Source: Hyphomicrobiales bacterium (GTDB taxonomy: Bacteria > Pseudomonadota > Alphaproteobacteria > Rhizobiales > OSC116). From it: a stretch of DNA of 64,000 bases. The notes under the pieces were generated by a model. It was not told the DNA's origin. It saw nothing but the letters and a program-made list of their open reading frames with translations, and ran no database searches. Location of the stretch: NCBI GenBank assembly GCA_002401855.1, contig NVUH01000007.1, positions 49,826 through 113,825 on the forward strand. Direction: 5' to 3'. The position numbers and the translations under genes were made by a program. Below are positions 1-9,999 of the stretch, one piece after another (the first letter of the stretch is position 1; each line of letters starts with the position of its first letter).

Positions 1-1
1 C

Positions 2-1774
2 ACATGGATAGATTATTACACTCATGTGCGCAATATTGGCCTCGCTTTGGCCGATTTCGGCTTCGAAAAAGGTGACATTGTCGGCATCATCGGCGACAAT
101 CGCCCTGCATGGATTTGGGCAGAGATTGCCTGCCAAGCCAACCGTGGTATGAGTTTAGGCATTTATCGCGATGCGTTAGAAGACGAGATTGCCTATCTGC
201 TAGATTACGCCAAACCAAAATTTATTTTTGCCGAAGATGAAGAGCAAGTCGACAAATTCTTAAATCTAGGCGACCGAATTCCATCTGTGCAAAAAATCAT
301 TTACGCCGACCCACGCGGTATGCGTAAATATGATGATGAACGTCTCATCAGCCTAGCGGATTTTGAGGAGATCGGCCGGAAAATCCAAGCCAATGACAAT
401 GGTGTATTTAGACGCTTGCTCAAAAAAGTTAAAGGCAGCGACATCGCTTTATTATGCGCAACCTCAGGCACCACAGGCAACCCAAAACTCACCATGATTA
501 GCCACAAATCATTAATTCATCATTGTGTAAACTATTTGCAAGCCGACCCCAAAAATTCCGACGACGAATATGTCTCTACCCTGCCACTAAGCTGGATTAT
601 GGAACAAATTTACGCAGTCGGTTGGTCACTCTTGGCACGCATGAAAGTCAATTTTGTCGAAGAAGCCGAAACCATGATGAGCGACCTGCGCGAAATTGGG
701 CCGACCTTTGTTTTATTTGCCCCGCGCTTGTGGGAGCAAATCGCTGGCGACGTGCGCGCGCAAATTATGGATGCCGATAAATTCAAGCAATTTATGTATA
801 AATTAGGCATGGATATGGGTTTGAAAGCCGTCGATGATGGCGCAAAATCCCCCTTGGCACATTTCCTTTTATTCCGCGCGTTAAAAGACAGCCTCGGCTT
901 AAGCCGCGTAACATCTGCTGCAACTGGCGGCGCAGCACTCGGGCCAGATACATTCAAGTTTTTTCTAGCCATGGGCGTTCCCCTACGCCAGCTATACGGC
1001 CAGACCGAAAGCTTAGGCGCCTACACATTACACGAAACCAATGATGTAGATTATGACAGTGTTGGCCACGGTTTTAACGATGTCGAAATGGTGATTGATC
1101 AACCCGATAAAGAAGGCATTGGCGAAGTTGTGGTGCGCCACGCCAATATGATGGACGGCTATTATTTAAACGAGGAGGCCACCAAAGAGGCGTTTACCGA
1201 GAACCACTGGATGCGCACTGGCGATGCAGGCTATTACAACGATGCAGGCCATTTGGTGATCATCGACCGCATTTCAGATTTGGCGACAACCAGCCAAGAT
1301 GTGCGCTTTTCACCTGCTTACATAGAAAACAAACTTAAATTCTCGGCCTATGTAGCCGAAGCAGTAATTCTAGGCTCAGGCCAAGATTATCTAACCGCAA
1401 TGATCTGCATTCGTTTCCCGATAGTCTCGAAATGGGCGGAAAAAAACCGCATCAACTTCACCACCTATACCGACCTTTCTGCACGGCCAGAAATTTACGA
1501 AATGCTGCGCAAAGAGGTTGAAATGGTCAATAAAACCCTACCAGATGCGCAAAAAATCAAAAAATTCATCCTGCTTTATAAAGCCTTAGATGCCGATGAT
1601 GGCGAGCTAACCCGCACCCTAAAAGTGCGCCGTAAAGTGATCACCAAGAAATACGCCGACATCATCGAAACGCTTTATTCAGATAAACAAGAAATTGATA
1701 TCGATACCGTCATTCACTTCCAAGATGGTGGTCAACAACGCATTCAAACCACTGTCAAAGTCGAAAAGATATAA
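2..1774 (+). CDS. AMP-dependent acyl-CoA synthetase (fatty-acid-CoA ligase family), 5' end cut by window edge
   Basis: Frame is open from nt 2 (no stop upstream of the GTG at 26); AMP-binding motifs TSGTTGNPK, YGQTE, TGDAGYY in translation. Confidence 0.85.
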   Translation, partial: TWIDYYTHVRNIGLALADFGFEKGDIVGIIGDNRPAWIWAEIACQANRGMSLGIYRDALEDEIAYLLDYAKPKFIFAEDEEQVDKFLNLGDRIPSVQKIIYADPRGMRKYDDERLISLADFEEIGRKIQANDNGVFRRLLKKVKGSDIALLCATSGTTGNPKLTMISHKSLIHHCVNYLQADPKNSDDEYVSTLPLSWIMEQIYAVGWSLLARMKVNFVEEAETMMSDLREIGPTFVLFAPRLWEQIAGDVRAQIMDADKFKQFMYKLGMDMGLKAVDDGAKSPLAHFLLFRALKDSLGLSRVTSAATGGAALGPDTFKFFLAMGVPLRQLYGQTESLGAYTLHETNDVDYDSVGHGFNDVEMVIDQPDKEGIGEVVVRHANMMDGYYLNEEATKEAFTENHWMRTGDAGYYNDAGHLVIIDRISDLATTSQDVRFSPAYIENKLKFSAYVAEAVILGSGQDYLTAMICIRFPIVSKWAEKNRINFTTYTDLSARPEIYEMLRKEVEMVNKTLPDAQKIKKFILLYKALDADDGELTRTLKVRRKVITKKYADIIETLYSDKQEIDIDTVIHFQDGGQQRIQTTVKVEKI

Positions 1775-1789
1775 AGAGAGGGCATTTAC

Positions 1790-2683
1790 ATGAATTGGGA
1801 TCTACTGTTTCAACTTTTAATTAACGGCGTGATTGTCGGCCTATTATATGGCGTGGTCGCCATGTGTTTTGTGCTGATTTACAAGTCAACTCAAGTGGTT
1901 AACTTTGCCCAAGGCGAATTTTTATTATTGGGCGCATGGGTTTGTTTGTATTTTTTAGTCGAATATGAATTGCCGTTCTGGATTGGCTTCTTGCTGACAA
2001 TGGGCTTTATGGCAGTATTTGGCATTGTGGTGCAAATGCTGATTTTACGGCCACTAATTGGCGAACCAATCATTTCCATCATCATGGTGACAATCGGTTT
2101 CTCAAGCTTTATGCAATCGCTAATGAGTTGGATTTTTGGCAACAGCGCGGTGAGTTACCCTCAAATATTCGAGGTCGAAGTGGTCAATATTGGCGGTCTC
2201 AACGTCGAGACGGCCTATCTAATGTCAATCGCCATGTCGGTTGCGATTATGATTATTTTCTTCCTATTCTTCCGCTATTCTCGCTTCGGTTTGGCTATGC
2301 GTGCCACAGCTTACAACCAACAAATTGCGCAATCTTTAGGCATATCCATCAAGCAGGTATTTATGATGGCATGGGCAATCTCGGCCGTGGTTTCAGCAGT
2401 TGCAGGCATCATCATCGGCATGGTATCAGCCGTTTCAACCGCGCTCTCCTTCATCGGCATTAAAGTCTTCCCCGCAGTCATTGTTGGCGGCATGGATAGC
2501 ATTGTCGGCGGGGTGGTTGGCGGCGTCATCATTGGTGTGCTAGAAAATTTGGCCGAATTCGTAGATGGTCAATATCTACACATCGGCAACATGTATCAAA
2601 TCGCACCATTTTACATTTTAATTGTGATTTTAATGATCAAACCATATGGCTTGTTTGGCACGCCAGACATTGAAAGGGTTTAA
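1790..2683 (+). CDS. Branched-chain-amino-acid-type (LIV family) ABC permease, LivH-like
   Basis: 297-aa polytopic membrane protein, LivH-like N-terminus LLINGVIVGLLYGVVAMCFVLIY; 15 nt after previous gene. Confidence 0.85.
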   Translation: MNWDLLFQLLINGVIVGLLYGVVAMCFVLIYKSTQVVNFAQGEFLLLGAWVCLYFLVEYELPFWIGFLLTMGFMAVFGIVVQMLILRPLIGEPIISIIMVTIGFSSFMQSLMSWIFGNSAVSYPQIFEVEVVNIGGLNVETAYLMSIAMSVAIMIIFFLFFRYSRFGLAMRATAYNQQIAQSLGISIKQVFMMAWAISAVVSAVAGIIIGMVSAVSTALSFIGIKVFPAVIVGGMDSIVGGVVGGVIIGVLENLAEFVDGQYLHIGNMYQIAPFYILIVILMIKPYGLFGTPDIERV

Positions 2684-2685
2684 TT

Positions 2686-3744
2686 ATGGCGGGTATTTCT
2701 TCTCCACGCCCGTGCGGTGATTACCGCACTAGCTACAAATCAGATATGACGATTTTTCCATCGAGAAATTCATTATATGCGGCAATTGCTGGGCTGTTTT
2801 TGCTACTGGCCTTTCCAATGATTGGCAATGATTATCATCTCAGCCTCCTCATCCAAATCGGCTATTACAGCATCGCCGCCATTGGCCTGAATATATTGGT
2901 TGGCTTCACAGGTCAAATTAGCCTTGGTCATGGTGCATTTTTTGGCTTTGGCGCCATATTCAGCGCCTATTTAAACAACGCAACAGGCATCCCCGTATTC
3001 TTTACCATCCCGCTAGCAGGTTTTGCCACCGCGGCTGTTGGCCTGATATTCGGCATACCCGCAGCACGCATCAAAGGCCTATACCTAGCCATCGCCACCT
3101 TAGCCTCACAATTTATATTGGAAGATTTCTACGCCCGTGCCGATTGGTTTTCAGGCGGATCATCAGGCTCATTGGCCGAAATCGTCAACTTTTTGGGCAT
3201 CGATTTAGACACCGACCAAAAATATTTCTACCTCGTTCTATTCTGGTTAGTCGTCAGCCTCATCGCCGCTGCCAACCTAATCCGCACCCGCGATGGCCGT
3301 GCATTGGTCGCCGTGCGAGATCACTATTTATCAGCCGAAATTATGGGAATTAACCTCACCAAATATCGTATTTTATCGTTCGGCATATCCAGCGCCTTCG
3401 CTGGCATTGGCGGCGCACTATACGGCCATTATCTAGGCTTCGTATCAGTCGAAGGTTTTACCCTTGGCCTGTCAATTTCGTTTTTAGCCATGATCATCAT
3501 CGGCGGTTTAGGCTCAGTAATGGGCTCAGTGTTAGGCGCTATTTTCATCACATTATTGCCCGAATTTACCGAAATTATGGCCGATTTCGTGCTGCCAGAA
3601 TCAATCGCCGACGGCAAAGCCTATGTCAAAGAAATGAGCGTTGGCGCCGCAATTATATTATTTCTAGTCTTTGAGCCAGAAGGTCTGGCACATAGATGGA
3701 AACTCATTAAAGCTTATTGGAAGCTTTATCCATTTTCTTACTAA
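2686..3744 (+). CDS. LIV-family ABC permease, LivM-like
   Basis: 352-aa membrane protein with LivM-like GQISLGHGAFFGFGA segment; starts 2 nt after LivH-like stop. Confidence 0.85.
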   Translation: MAGISSPRPCGDYRTSYKSDMTIFPSRNSLYAAIAGLFLLLAFPMIGNDYHLSLLIQIGYYSIAAIGLNILVGFTGQISLGHGAFFGFGAIFSAYLNNATGIPVFFTIPLAGFATAAVGLIFGIPAARIKGLYLAIATLASQFILEDFYARADWFSGGSSGSLAEIVNFLGIDLDTDQKYFYLVLFWLVVSLIAAANLIRTRDGRALVAVRDHYLSAEIMGINLTKYRILSFGISSAFAGIGGALYGHYLGFVSVEGFTLGLSISFLAMIIIGGLGSVMGSVLGAIFITLLPEFTEIMADFVLPESIADGKAYVKEMSVGAAIILFLVFEPEGLAHRWKLIKAYWKLYPFSY

Positions 3745-3796
3745 CATTTAGGGATGTTGTTAAGGAATTTTAAGACTAAACCAGAGAGGGAAAACA

Positions 3797-5023
3797 ATGT
3801 TAAAAACACTAAAAATAGCAGTAGCCGTTGGCGCTTTATTAAGCTCAACAGCTGTGCAAGCCGATAGTATATTGGTTGGCCATTTGGTCGACTATACAGG
3901 CCCAACCGCCTTTGTTGGCAGAACTTATGGCCCAGGCATTAAAGATGCTGTGGCTTATATTAACGCCAATGGCGGCATTGATGGCACAACCATCGAGCTT
4001 GACCAAATTGACTATGCCTATAAAGTGCCGCAAGCTATCGCTGCCTATAAAAAGTGGAAATCACGCGGCATGGTTGCTTTGCAAGGTTGGGGCACAGGCG
4101 ATACCGAGGCGCTAATCTCATTTGTTGCACGTGATGAAATTCCAGTATGGTCAGCATCATATTCAGGTCATCTAACTGACCCAACAAAGCTAAACCCAAA
4201 TACCAAAAAAGCCGCCCCTTATAACTATTTCTATGGCCCATCATATTCAGATGGTTGCCGCGCTATGGTGCAATGGGCAGCAGCCGATGCCAAAAAAGCT
4301 GGCAATACAGATCCCGTATTTGTTTACACTGGCGATAACCATCCATATCCAAACGCGCCAAAAGCTGCGTGTAATGAATATGCGGCAGAGCTAGGCTTCA
4401 AAGTGCTAGACCCAATCGTAGTGCCAATGGCACCGGGTGATTTTAAAGCTCAATGTTTAACCATTAAAGAATCTGGTGCCAATTATGCCTTTATCGGCAA
4501 TTTGGGCGGGTCTGTGGTTTCATTGCTAAAATCATGTAAAACAGTCGGCACTGATGTGCAATATATGGCCAACATTTGGGGCGGCGATTATAAAACCATC
4601 GAAGCCGCCGAAGCGATTGATTATATCTTCCCATCAGCTTCACCTTTCTGGGGTGCAGATGTACCAGGCATGAAAATGGTTATGGATATTGCCGAGCTTT
4701 CAGGTGCAGCCAAAGATGAAAAACCAACGCATCATTATATTCGCGGCATTTGCAGCACATATTACATGAAAGAAGCCATGGAATGGGCCAAAGCCAATGG
4801 CGGCCTCACAGGCGCTAACATCAAAAAAGGCATGGAAACCAAAAAGAACTGGGTGCCTGTAGGCTTAGAAGGCGTATGTATGCCTTCAACTTGGACCGAA
4901 ACTGACCATCGCGGTACAACCGTTGTATCAGTTAACCGTGGTTCATTTGTAAATGGCAAAGTGGCCATTCAATTGCTAGGCCAAATTTCATTGCCTCGTC
5001 GTGATGATTGGATTGGCTACTAG
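3797..5023 (+). CDS. LIV-family periplasmic substrate-binding protein
   Basis: 408 aa, signal peptide MLKTLKIAVAVGALLSSTAVQA, type-I periplasmic binding protein-like sequence, SD GAGAGGG upstream. Confidence 0.8.
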   Translation: MLKTLKIAVAVGALLSSTAVQADSILVGHLVDYTGPTAFVGRTYGPGIKDAVAYINANGGIDGTTIELDQIDYAYKVPQAIAAYKKWKSRGMVALQGWGTGDTEALISFVARDEIPVWSASYSGHLTDPTKLNPNTKKAAPYNYFYGPSYSDGCRAMVQWAAADAKKAGNTDPVFVYTGDNHPYPNAPKAACNEYAAELGFKVLDPIVVPMAPGDFKAQCLTIKESGANYAFIGNLGGSVVSLLKSCKTVGTDVQYMANIWGGDYKTIEAAEAIDYIFPSASPFWGADVPGMKMVMDIAELSGAAKDEKPTHHYIRGICSTYYMKEAMEWAKANGGLTGANIKKGMETKKNWVPVGLEGVCMPSTWTETDHRGTTVVSVNRGSFVNGKVAIQLLGQISLPRRDDWIGY

Positions 5024-5057
5024 TATTGGTTACTAAAATTAGCCTCAACATATCAAA

Positions 5058-5083
5058 GAGTGTGAAAAGCAATTTTCACACTC
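5058..5083 (+). promoter_or_regulatory. Intercistronic hairpin after binding-protein gene (11-bp stem, GCAA loop)
   Basis: GAGTGTGAAAA-GCAA-TTTTCACACTC read directly; no U-tract, so more likely an mRNA-stability or attenuation element than a terminator. Confidence 0.4.
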
Positions 5084-5093
5084 GCATAGAATT

Positions 5094-5945
5094 TTGACTG
5101 ACAATTGGATGAATGACATGGCACAAGCAGCACAAAAAACCAGCACTGATTATATTTTATCGGTCAACAATATCGAAGTGGTTTATAGCGAAGTTATTTT
5201 GGTTTTGCGCGGGCTTAGCCTCAATGTAGAGCGCGGTAAGATCACCGCACTTTTAGGCGCCAATGGCGCAGGTAAATCTACCACATTAAAAGCCATTTCA
5301 GGCCTACTAAACACCGAAGATGGCGAAGTCTCACGCGGCAGTATAAATTTCGAAGGCCAAAATATCGCAGGCACCAGCCCCGATAAAGTGGTGCGCAAAG
5401 GCGTTTTTCAAGTGATGGAAGGTCGCGGCATTGTGCAAGATATGACGCTGCTAGAAAATTTGAAACTAGGCGCATTCACCCGCAAGAATTTCAATATGAA
5501 TGAAGAAATCGAAAAAGTGTTTCATTTCTTCCCACGCCTAAAAGAACGCTCCATTACAGGCGGCGCAGCAGGCTATCTATCTGGCGGCGAACAGCAAATG
5601 CTAGCCATCGGCCGCGCGCTAATGGCCAAACCAAAACTAATTCTAATGGACGAACCATCAATGGGCTTGTCGCCACTTTTAGTCAAAGAAGTGTTCGGCA
5701 TCATCAAACGCATGAACGAAGAATTGGGCATTTCAATTCTATTGGTTGAGCAGAATGCCAACATGGCACTAAACGCCGCCGATTTCGGTTACATTATGGA
5801 AAACGGCAAAATTGTACTCGATGGTACAGCCGAAGAGCTGAAAAATAATGAAGATGTTAAAGAATTTTATTTGGGCGGCGGCGGTGATGAGCGCAAAAGC
5901 TTTAAAGACATAAAATCATTTAAACGTCGTAAACGTTGGTTGTAA
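5094..5945 (+). CDS. LIV-family ABC ATP-binding protein, LivF-like, with basic C-terminal tail
   Basis: Walker A GANGAGKST, signature LSGGEQQML, Walker B LILMDEP; TTG start uncertain (ATG alternatives at 5109 and 5118). Confidence 0.85.
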   Translation: MTDNWMNDMAQAAQKTSTDYILSVNNIEVVYSEVILVLRGLSLNVERGKITALLGANGAGKSTTLKAISGLLNTEDGEVSRGSINFEGQNIAGTSPDKVVRKGVFQVMEGRGIVQDMTLLENLKLGAFTRKNFNMNEEIEKVFHFFPRLKERSITGGAAGYLSGGEQQMLAIGRALMAKPKLILMDEPSMGLSPLLVKEVFGIIKRMNEELGISILLVEQNANMALNAADFGYIMENGKIVLDGTAEELKNNEDVKEFYLGGGGDERKSFKDIKSFKRRKRWL

Positions 5946-5956
5946 ATAGGTGAAAT

Positions 5957-7186
5957 ATGGTAATTTTAGATGTGTTAGAACAAAGAGACCCCCAGCAAAG
6001 ACAGCTAGAGCAGTTGGCGCAACTCCAAGCTCAAGTGGCCTATGCGCGTAAAAACACCGATTATTTCGCCAACAGTTTAGCCAATTGCGCCGACATCGCA
6101 ACCTTAGATGATTTGCAAAAACTCCCCTTAGTGCGCAAATCAGATCTCATGGACTTGCAAAAACCAGACGCACCATTTGCAGGCATGAATGCCGTGCCGA
6201 TGAGCGAGTTAAAAAACCTATTCCTATCCCCAGGCCCAATAGCTGAACCAATGGGACGGCAAGAAAACGAGCATCGTTTAGCCCGCGCCATGGCAGCAGC
6301 AGGCATCAATGCCAACGACCGAGTGTTAAACTGCTTTTCCTACCATCACACCCCAGCAGGCTTGATGTTCGAAGGCGGCGCAACCAAAATTGGTTGCTCA
6401 GTCTACCCAGGCGGTGCCGGCATGCGCGATGACCAAATCAAAGCCATTCAAGCCTTTAAATTAAACACCTATGTCGGCACTCCCGATTTTTTAAAGTTAA
6501 TCATCGAGAAGGCCGAAGAAACAGGTGAAAACCTAACCAGCATAACCAAAGGCTTGGTATCAGGCGGCCCTTTTTTCCCGCAGCTTAAAGACTTCTATCA
6601 ATCGCATAACGTCGCAATAAAAGAATGCTACGCCACCGCCGACCTCGGCCTAATTGCCTATCAAGATGATGACACGGGCTTAGTGATCGACGAAGACGTG
6701 ATCGTCGAAATCGTCACCCCAGGCACAGGCAATGTGGTAGCCGATGGACAAGTCGGCGAGGTTGTGGTGACATTATTGACCAATAAAGTCTACCCTCTAA
6801 TACGCTTCGCAACGGGCGATTTATCGATGATATTGCCCAATGACCACTCAGCAAAGCGCACCAATAAACGCCTAAAAGGCTGGCTCGGCCGCGCCGATCA
6901 AACCTGTAAAGTCAAAGGCATGTTTGTACACCCAAAACAAATCGCCGAGATCATCGCAGCTCATTCAGAAATTCAAAAAGCACGGTTTATAGTCGATGCG
7001 GTCGATGGACAAGACACGGCTATATTACAAGTCGAACTCGCTATCAACATCAGTGATAAAACTATGGCAAAAATCGCCGAAACAGTAAAAAATATTACAA
7101 AAATATCTGCCAAAGTAGAGCCGTTCAAAGTCGGTCAATTGCCAAATGATGGCATCATCATTGAAGATTGCCGCAGCTATGAGTGA
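5957..7186 (+). CDS. Phenylacetate-CoA ligase-like (PaaK/F390 synthetase family) adenylate-forming enzyme
   Basis: 409 aa, size and overall sequence resemble the PaaK family, including a C-terminal KVKG segment; family call by eye. Confidence 0.7.
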   Translation: MVILDVLEQRDPQQRQLEQLAQLQAQVAYARKNTDYFANSLANCADIATLDDLQKLPLVRKSDLMDLQKPDAPFAGMNAVPMSELKNLFLSPGPIAEPMGRQENEHRLARAMAAAGINANDRVLNCFSYHHTPAGLMFEGGATKIGCSVYPGGAGMRDDQIKAIQAFKLNTYVGTPDFLKLIIEKAEETGENLTSITKGLVSGGPFFPQLKDFYQSHNVAIKECYATADLGLIAYQDDDTGLVIDEDVIVEIVTPGTGNVVADGQVGEVVVTLLTNKVYPLIRFATGDLSMILPNDHSAKRTNKRLKGWLGRADQTCKVKGMFVHPKQIAEIIAAHSEIQKARFIVDAVDGQDTAILQVELAINISDKTMAKIAETVKNITKISAKVEPFKVGQLPNDGIIIEDCRSYE

Positions 7187-7928
7187 CATCCGATCATCAG
7201 CAACAATTTTGCTCATCCAAGAAATTAACCAACTAGAAGTGCTGATGCTAAAACGCTATCAGGGCGATGACATCCTCTCAGGCGCAATGATGTTCCCAGG
7301 CGGAAAATTAGAAGCCCACGATGAGACCGATGACTGGGCTGAGCGGGTGATAGGTTGGGCATCTACCCCCCAAACAGAGCGCGGCCTACGCATCGCCGCT
7401 ATTCGCGAAGCCTTTGAAGAAACCGGAATAATGCTAGGCCAAAACGTTAAAAACAACGCATCCGAAGCCGAAACATTGAGCATCAGAAAAGCCATCGAAG
7501 CAGGCGATTTAAGCTTTTATGATTATGTACGATCACAAAATATCACCCTAGATTTACAAGCTTTGACATTATTCTCACGCTGGCAAACCCCGCCTACAAT
7601 AGGCCGAAGATTTGATACACATTTTTATCTCGCTGCCGCACCAAAAGGCCAAACCCCCGTTGCAGATGGCCGCGAAGCCGTAAAAACCGAGTGGGTAACC
7701 CCACAAAAGGCCTTAAATCTGGCGGCAAATATGCAACGCAAATTACTATTTCCAACCCGCATGAATTTAAAGATGTTGAACGAATCCAACGCCCTTCACA
7801 CAGCCGTAAACCAAGCCAGAACCCGCAAAATTCATAAGGTCGAACCCAAAGTCGAGCAAAGAGGCGATGACAGATATCTAGTCCTAGATTCAAAATTCGG
7901 CTACGGCCATGTCGAAGAATTAATCTAA
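7179..7928 (+). CDS. NUDIX-family hydrolase
   Basis: NUDIX-box remnant GGKLE...REAFEETGI; ATG at 7179 overlaps upstream stop by 8 nt, preferred over ORF-track start 7146. Confidence 0.7.
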   Translation: MSDIRSSATILLIQEINQLEVLMLKRYQGDDILSGAMMFPGGKLEAHDETDDWAERVIGWASTPQTERGLRIAAIREAFEETGIMLGQNVKNNASEAETLSIRKAIEAGDLSFYDYVRSQNITLDLQALTLFSRWQTPPTIGRRFDTHFYLAAAPKGQTPVADGREAVKTEWVTPQKALNLAANMQRKLLFPTRMNLKMLNESNALHTAVNQARTRKIHKVEPKVEQRGDDRYLVLDSKFGYGHVEELI

Positions 7929-7989
7929 AACCATCCCCAAAAGAATAACAAATTAAACACCAAATCAAGCCAATAAGTAGGAATGCAAA

Positions 7990-9486
7990 ATGCAAAAATT
8001 TGAACATTTTATCGACGGTGCTTATGTCGACAGCACATCAGGCAATAGCCAAGCGGTTTTCAACCCAAGTTTAGGCGTAGAATCTGGCCAAGTGGCATTA
8101 GCCTCAATTGCCGATGTCGATGCCGCAGTGGCCAGCGCCCAAACCGCTTTTCAAACATGGCGGCACACATCCCCATTGGCGCGCGCAAGGCTAATGAATA
8201 AATTCTTAGCAATATTGAATGAGCGCAAACGCGAGCTAGCCACCCTGATTTCCGAGCAACATGGCAAAACCATCTTAGATGCCGAAGGCGAAGTTATACG
8301 CGGCATCGAAGCCGTAGAGTTTGCCTGCGCCGCACCACATTTGCTAAAAGGCGAGTTTAGCGACAACGTTTCAACAGCCATGGATATGTATTCAATGCGC
8401 AAACCATTGGGCGTCACCGCGGCCATCACGCCATTTAATTTCCCCGTTATGGTGCCCATGTGGATGGTTGCCATCTCAACAGTTTGCGGCAATTGCGTGG
8501 TTTGGAAACCATCCGAACGCGACCCAGCCGCCCCTTTAAAAATTGCCGAATATATGATGGAAGCAGGTTTCCCCAAAGGCGTGCTAAACGTTGTAAATGG
8601 CGATAAAGTGGCGGTTGACCGCCTCACAGAACATGACGACATCAAAGCCGTAAGCTTTGTTGGTTCAACCCCAATCGCAAAATATGTTTACGACCGCTCA
8701 CACGAGCACAACAAAAGATGCCAAGCCATGGGCGGCGCAAAAAATCACATGATCATCATGCCCGATGCCAATATTGAAAACACCACAAACGCATTGCTCG
8801 GCGCTGCATACGGCTCGGCAGGCGAGCGCTGTATGGCAATTTCGGTGGCAGTATGCGTGGGCGATGACACAGCCGACAGAGTGATCGCAGCACTAACCCC
8901 AAAAATCAAAAACCTAACCATCAATCATTCGATGGATGAAAAAGCCGATTACGGCCCCTTGGTCACCAAACAGCACCTAGAAAAGGTAATCTCATATATC
9001 GATATGGCCGAAAAAGAAGGCGCAACATTGCTCATGGATGGCCGCGGCTTCAAACTAGATGACGATAAATATGCCGATGGCTATTTCCTAGGCCCAACTC
9101 TAATCGATAACGTAACATCAGAAATGCAATCCTACAAAGAAGAAATTTTTGGCCCCACATTACAAATTATCCGTGTGGCAACGCTCGAAGAAGCCATGCG
9201 CCTACCTTCAGAGCATGAATTCGGCAACGGCACATCCATCTTCACCGAAAATGGTGCAGCAGCACGCCAATTTTCCGATAATGTCGAAGTTGGCATGGTC
9301 GGCATTAATGTCCCTATCCCCGTGCCAATGGCGTTTCATTCATTTGGTGGTTGGAAAAACTCAGCATTTAATGAGCATAACCAACACGGCATGGAAGGCA
9401 TTCGCTTTTACACAAAAGTGAAAACCGTAACAAGTCGTTGGAAAGGCGGCGAGAGCGCAGAATTCACCATTCCTACATTAAGTTAA
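7990..9486 (+). CDS. mmsA: Methylmalonate-semialdehyde dehydrogenase (CoA-acylating), aldehyde dehydrogenase family
   Basis: 498 aa; ITPFNFPVMVPMWM and catalytic-Cys region GERCMA typical of MMSDH-type ALDH. Confidence 0.8.
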   Translation: MQKFEHFIDGAYVDSTSGNSQAVFNPSLGVESGQVALASIADVDAAVASAQTAFQTWRHTSPLARARLMNKFLAILNERKRELATLISEQHGKTILDAEGEVIRGIEAVEFACAAPHLLKGEFSDNVSTAMDMYSMRKPLGVTAAITPFNFPVMVPMWMVAISTVCGNCVVWKPSERDPAAPLKIAEYMMEAGFPKGVLNVVNGDKVAVDRLTEHDDIKAVSFVGSTPIAKYVYDRSHEHNKRCQAMGGAKNHMIIMPDANIENTTNALLGAAYGSAGERCMAISVAVCVGDDTADRVIAALTPKIKNLTINHSMDEKADYGPLVTKQHLEKVISYIDMAEKEGATLLMDGRGFKLDDDKYADGYFLGPTLIDNVTSEMQSYKEEIFGPTLQIIRVATLEEAMRLPSEHEFGNGTSIFTENGAAARQFSDNVEVGMVGINVPIPVPMAFHSFGGWKNSAFNEHNQHGMEGIRFYTKVKTVTSRWKGGESAEFTIPTLS

Positions 9487-9598
9487 TCAATAGAATCCAG
9501 TAATTTGCTAGGCTGTCATTTTATTTAACTTTCAATTGACTGCGATTGAGCTATATTACAACAGCTATCGTTTTAATAGCGCGATAAGGGGAATAGCT

Positions 9599-9967
9599 GT
9601 GAAAAACATAACAAAACACAAAGTCAACATTCCAACCCCTGGCAAACCAGTGCGTGGTTCAAAATCTGGCGCGCCAATTATGGCATTGTTTGACCTGCTC
9701 GGCAGGCGTTGGGCCATGGGTGTATTATGGACTTTGAATGAAATCGAACCAGCAACTTTCAGAAAATTGCAAGATAGCTGCGAGACAATATCACCCGCCG
9801 TGCTCAACCAACGGCTCAAAGAATTACGCGCAGCAGGCTTGGTGGATAGAGGAGAGGGCGGTTATATTGTAACAAATATGGGGCAAGAAATTTACACATT
9901 ATTAGTCCCCCTTGGCAGCACGGCAAAAAAATGGGCAAAGCAACAAATTTTAAAAACAGACATCTGA
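9599..9967 (+). CDS. HxlR-family winged-helix transcriptional regulator
   Basis: LLGRRWAMGVLWTL motif; GTG at 9599 preceded by AAGGGGA SD, preferred over TTG at 9536. Confidence 0.75.
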   Translation: MKNITKHKVNIPTPGKPVRGSKSGAPIMALFDLLGRRWAMGVLWTLNEIEPATFRKLQDSCETISPAVLNQRLKELRAAGLVDRGEGGYIVTNMGQEIYTLLVPLGSTAKKWAKQQILKTDI

Positions 9968-9999
9968 AATCATTCAACTAGCTTGCCAATAATCCACAA

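Noticed and set aside
610-972. 120-aa minus-strand ORF, and the similar 301-507 and 523-780 ORFs, inside the acyl-CoA synthetase gene
   Set aside because: These lie antisense or out of frame within a gene with clear family motifs. They have low-complexity Ala/Arg/Ser-rich translations and no start context. They are shadow ORFs.
8151-8645. 164-aa ORF antisense to mmsA. Comparable long antisense ORFs lie at 7594-8007, 12989-13441, 16756-17256, 24138-24599, 37724-38113, 42770-43219 and 56533-56940.
   Set aside because: Each lies fully inside a confidently recognised gene on the other strand or frame. The translations show no family resemblance and have typical shadow-ORF composition.
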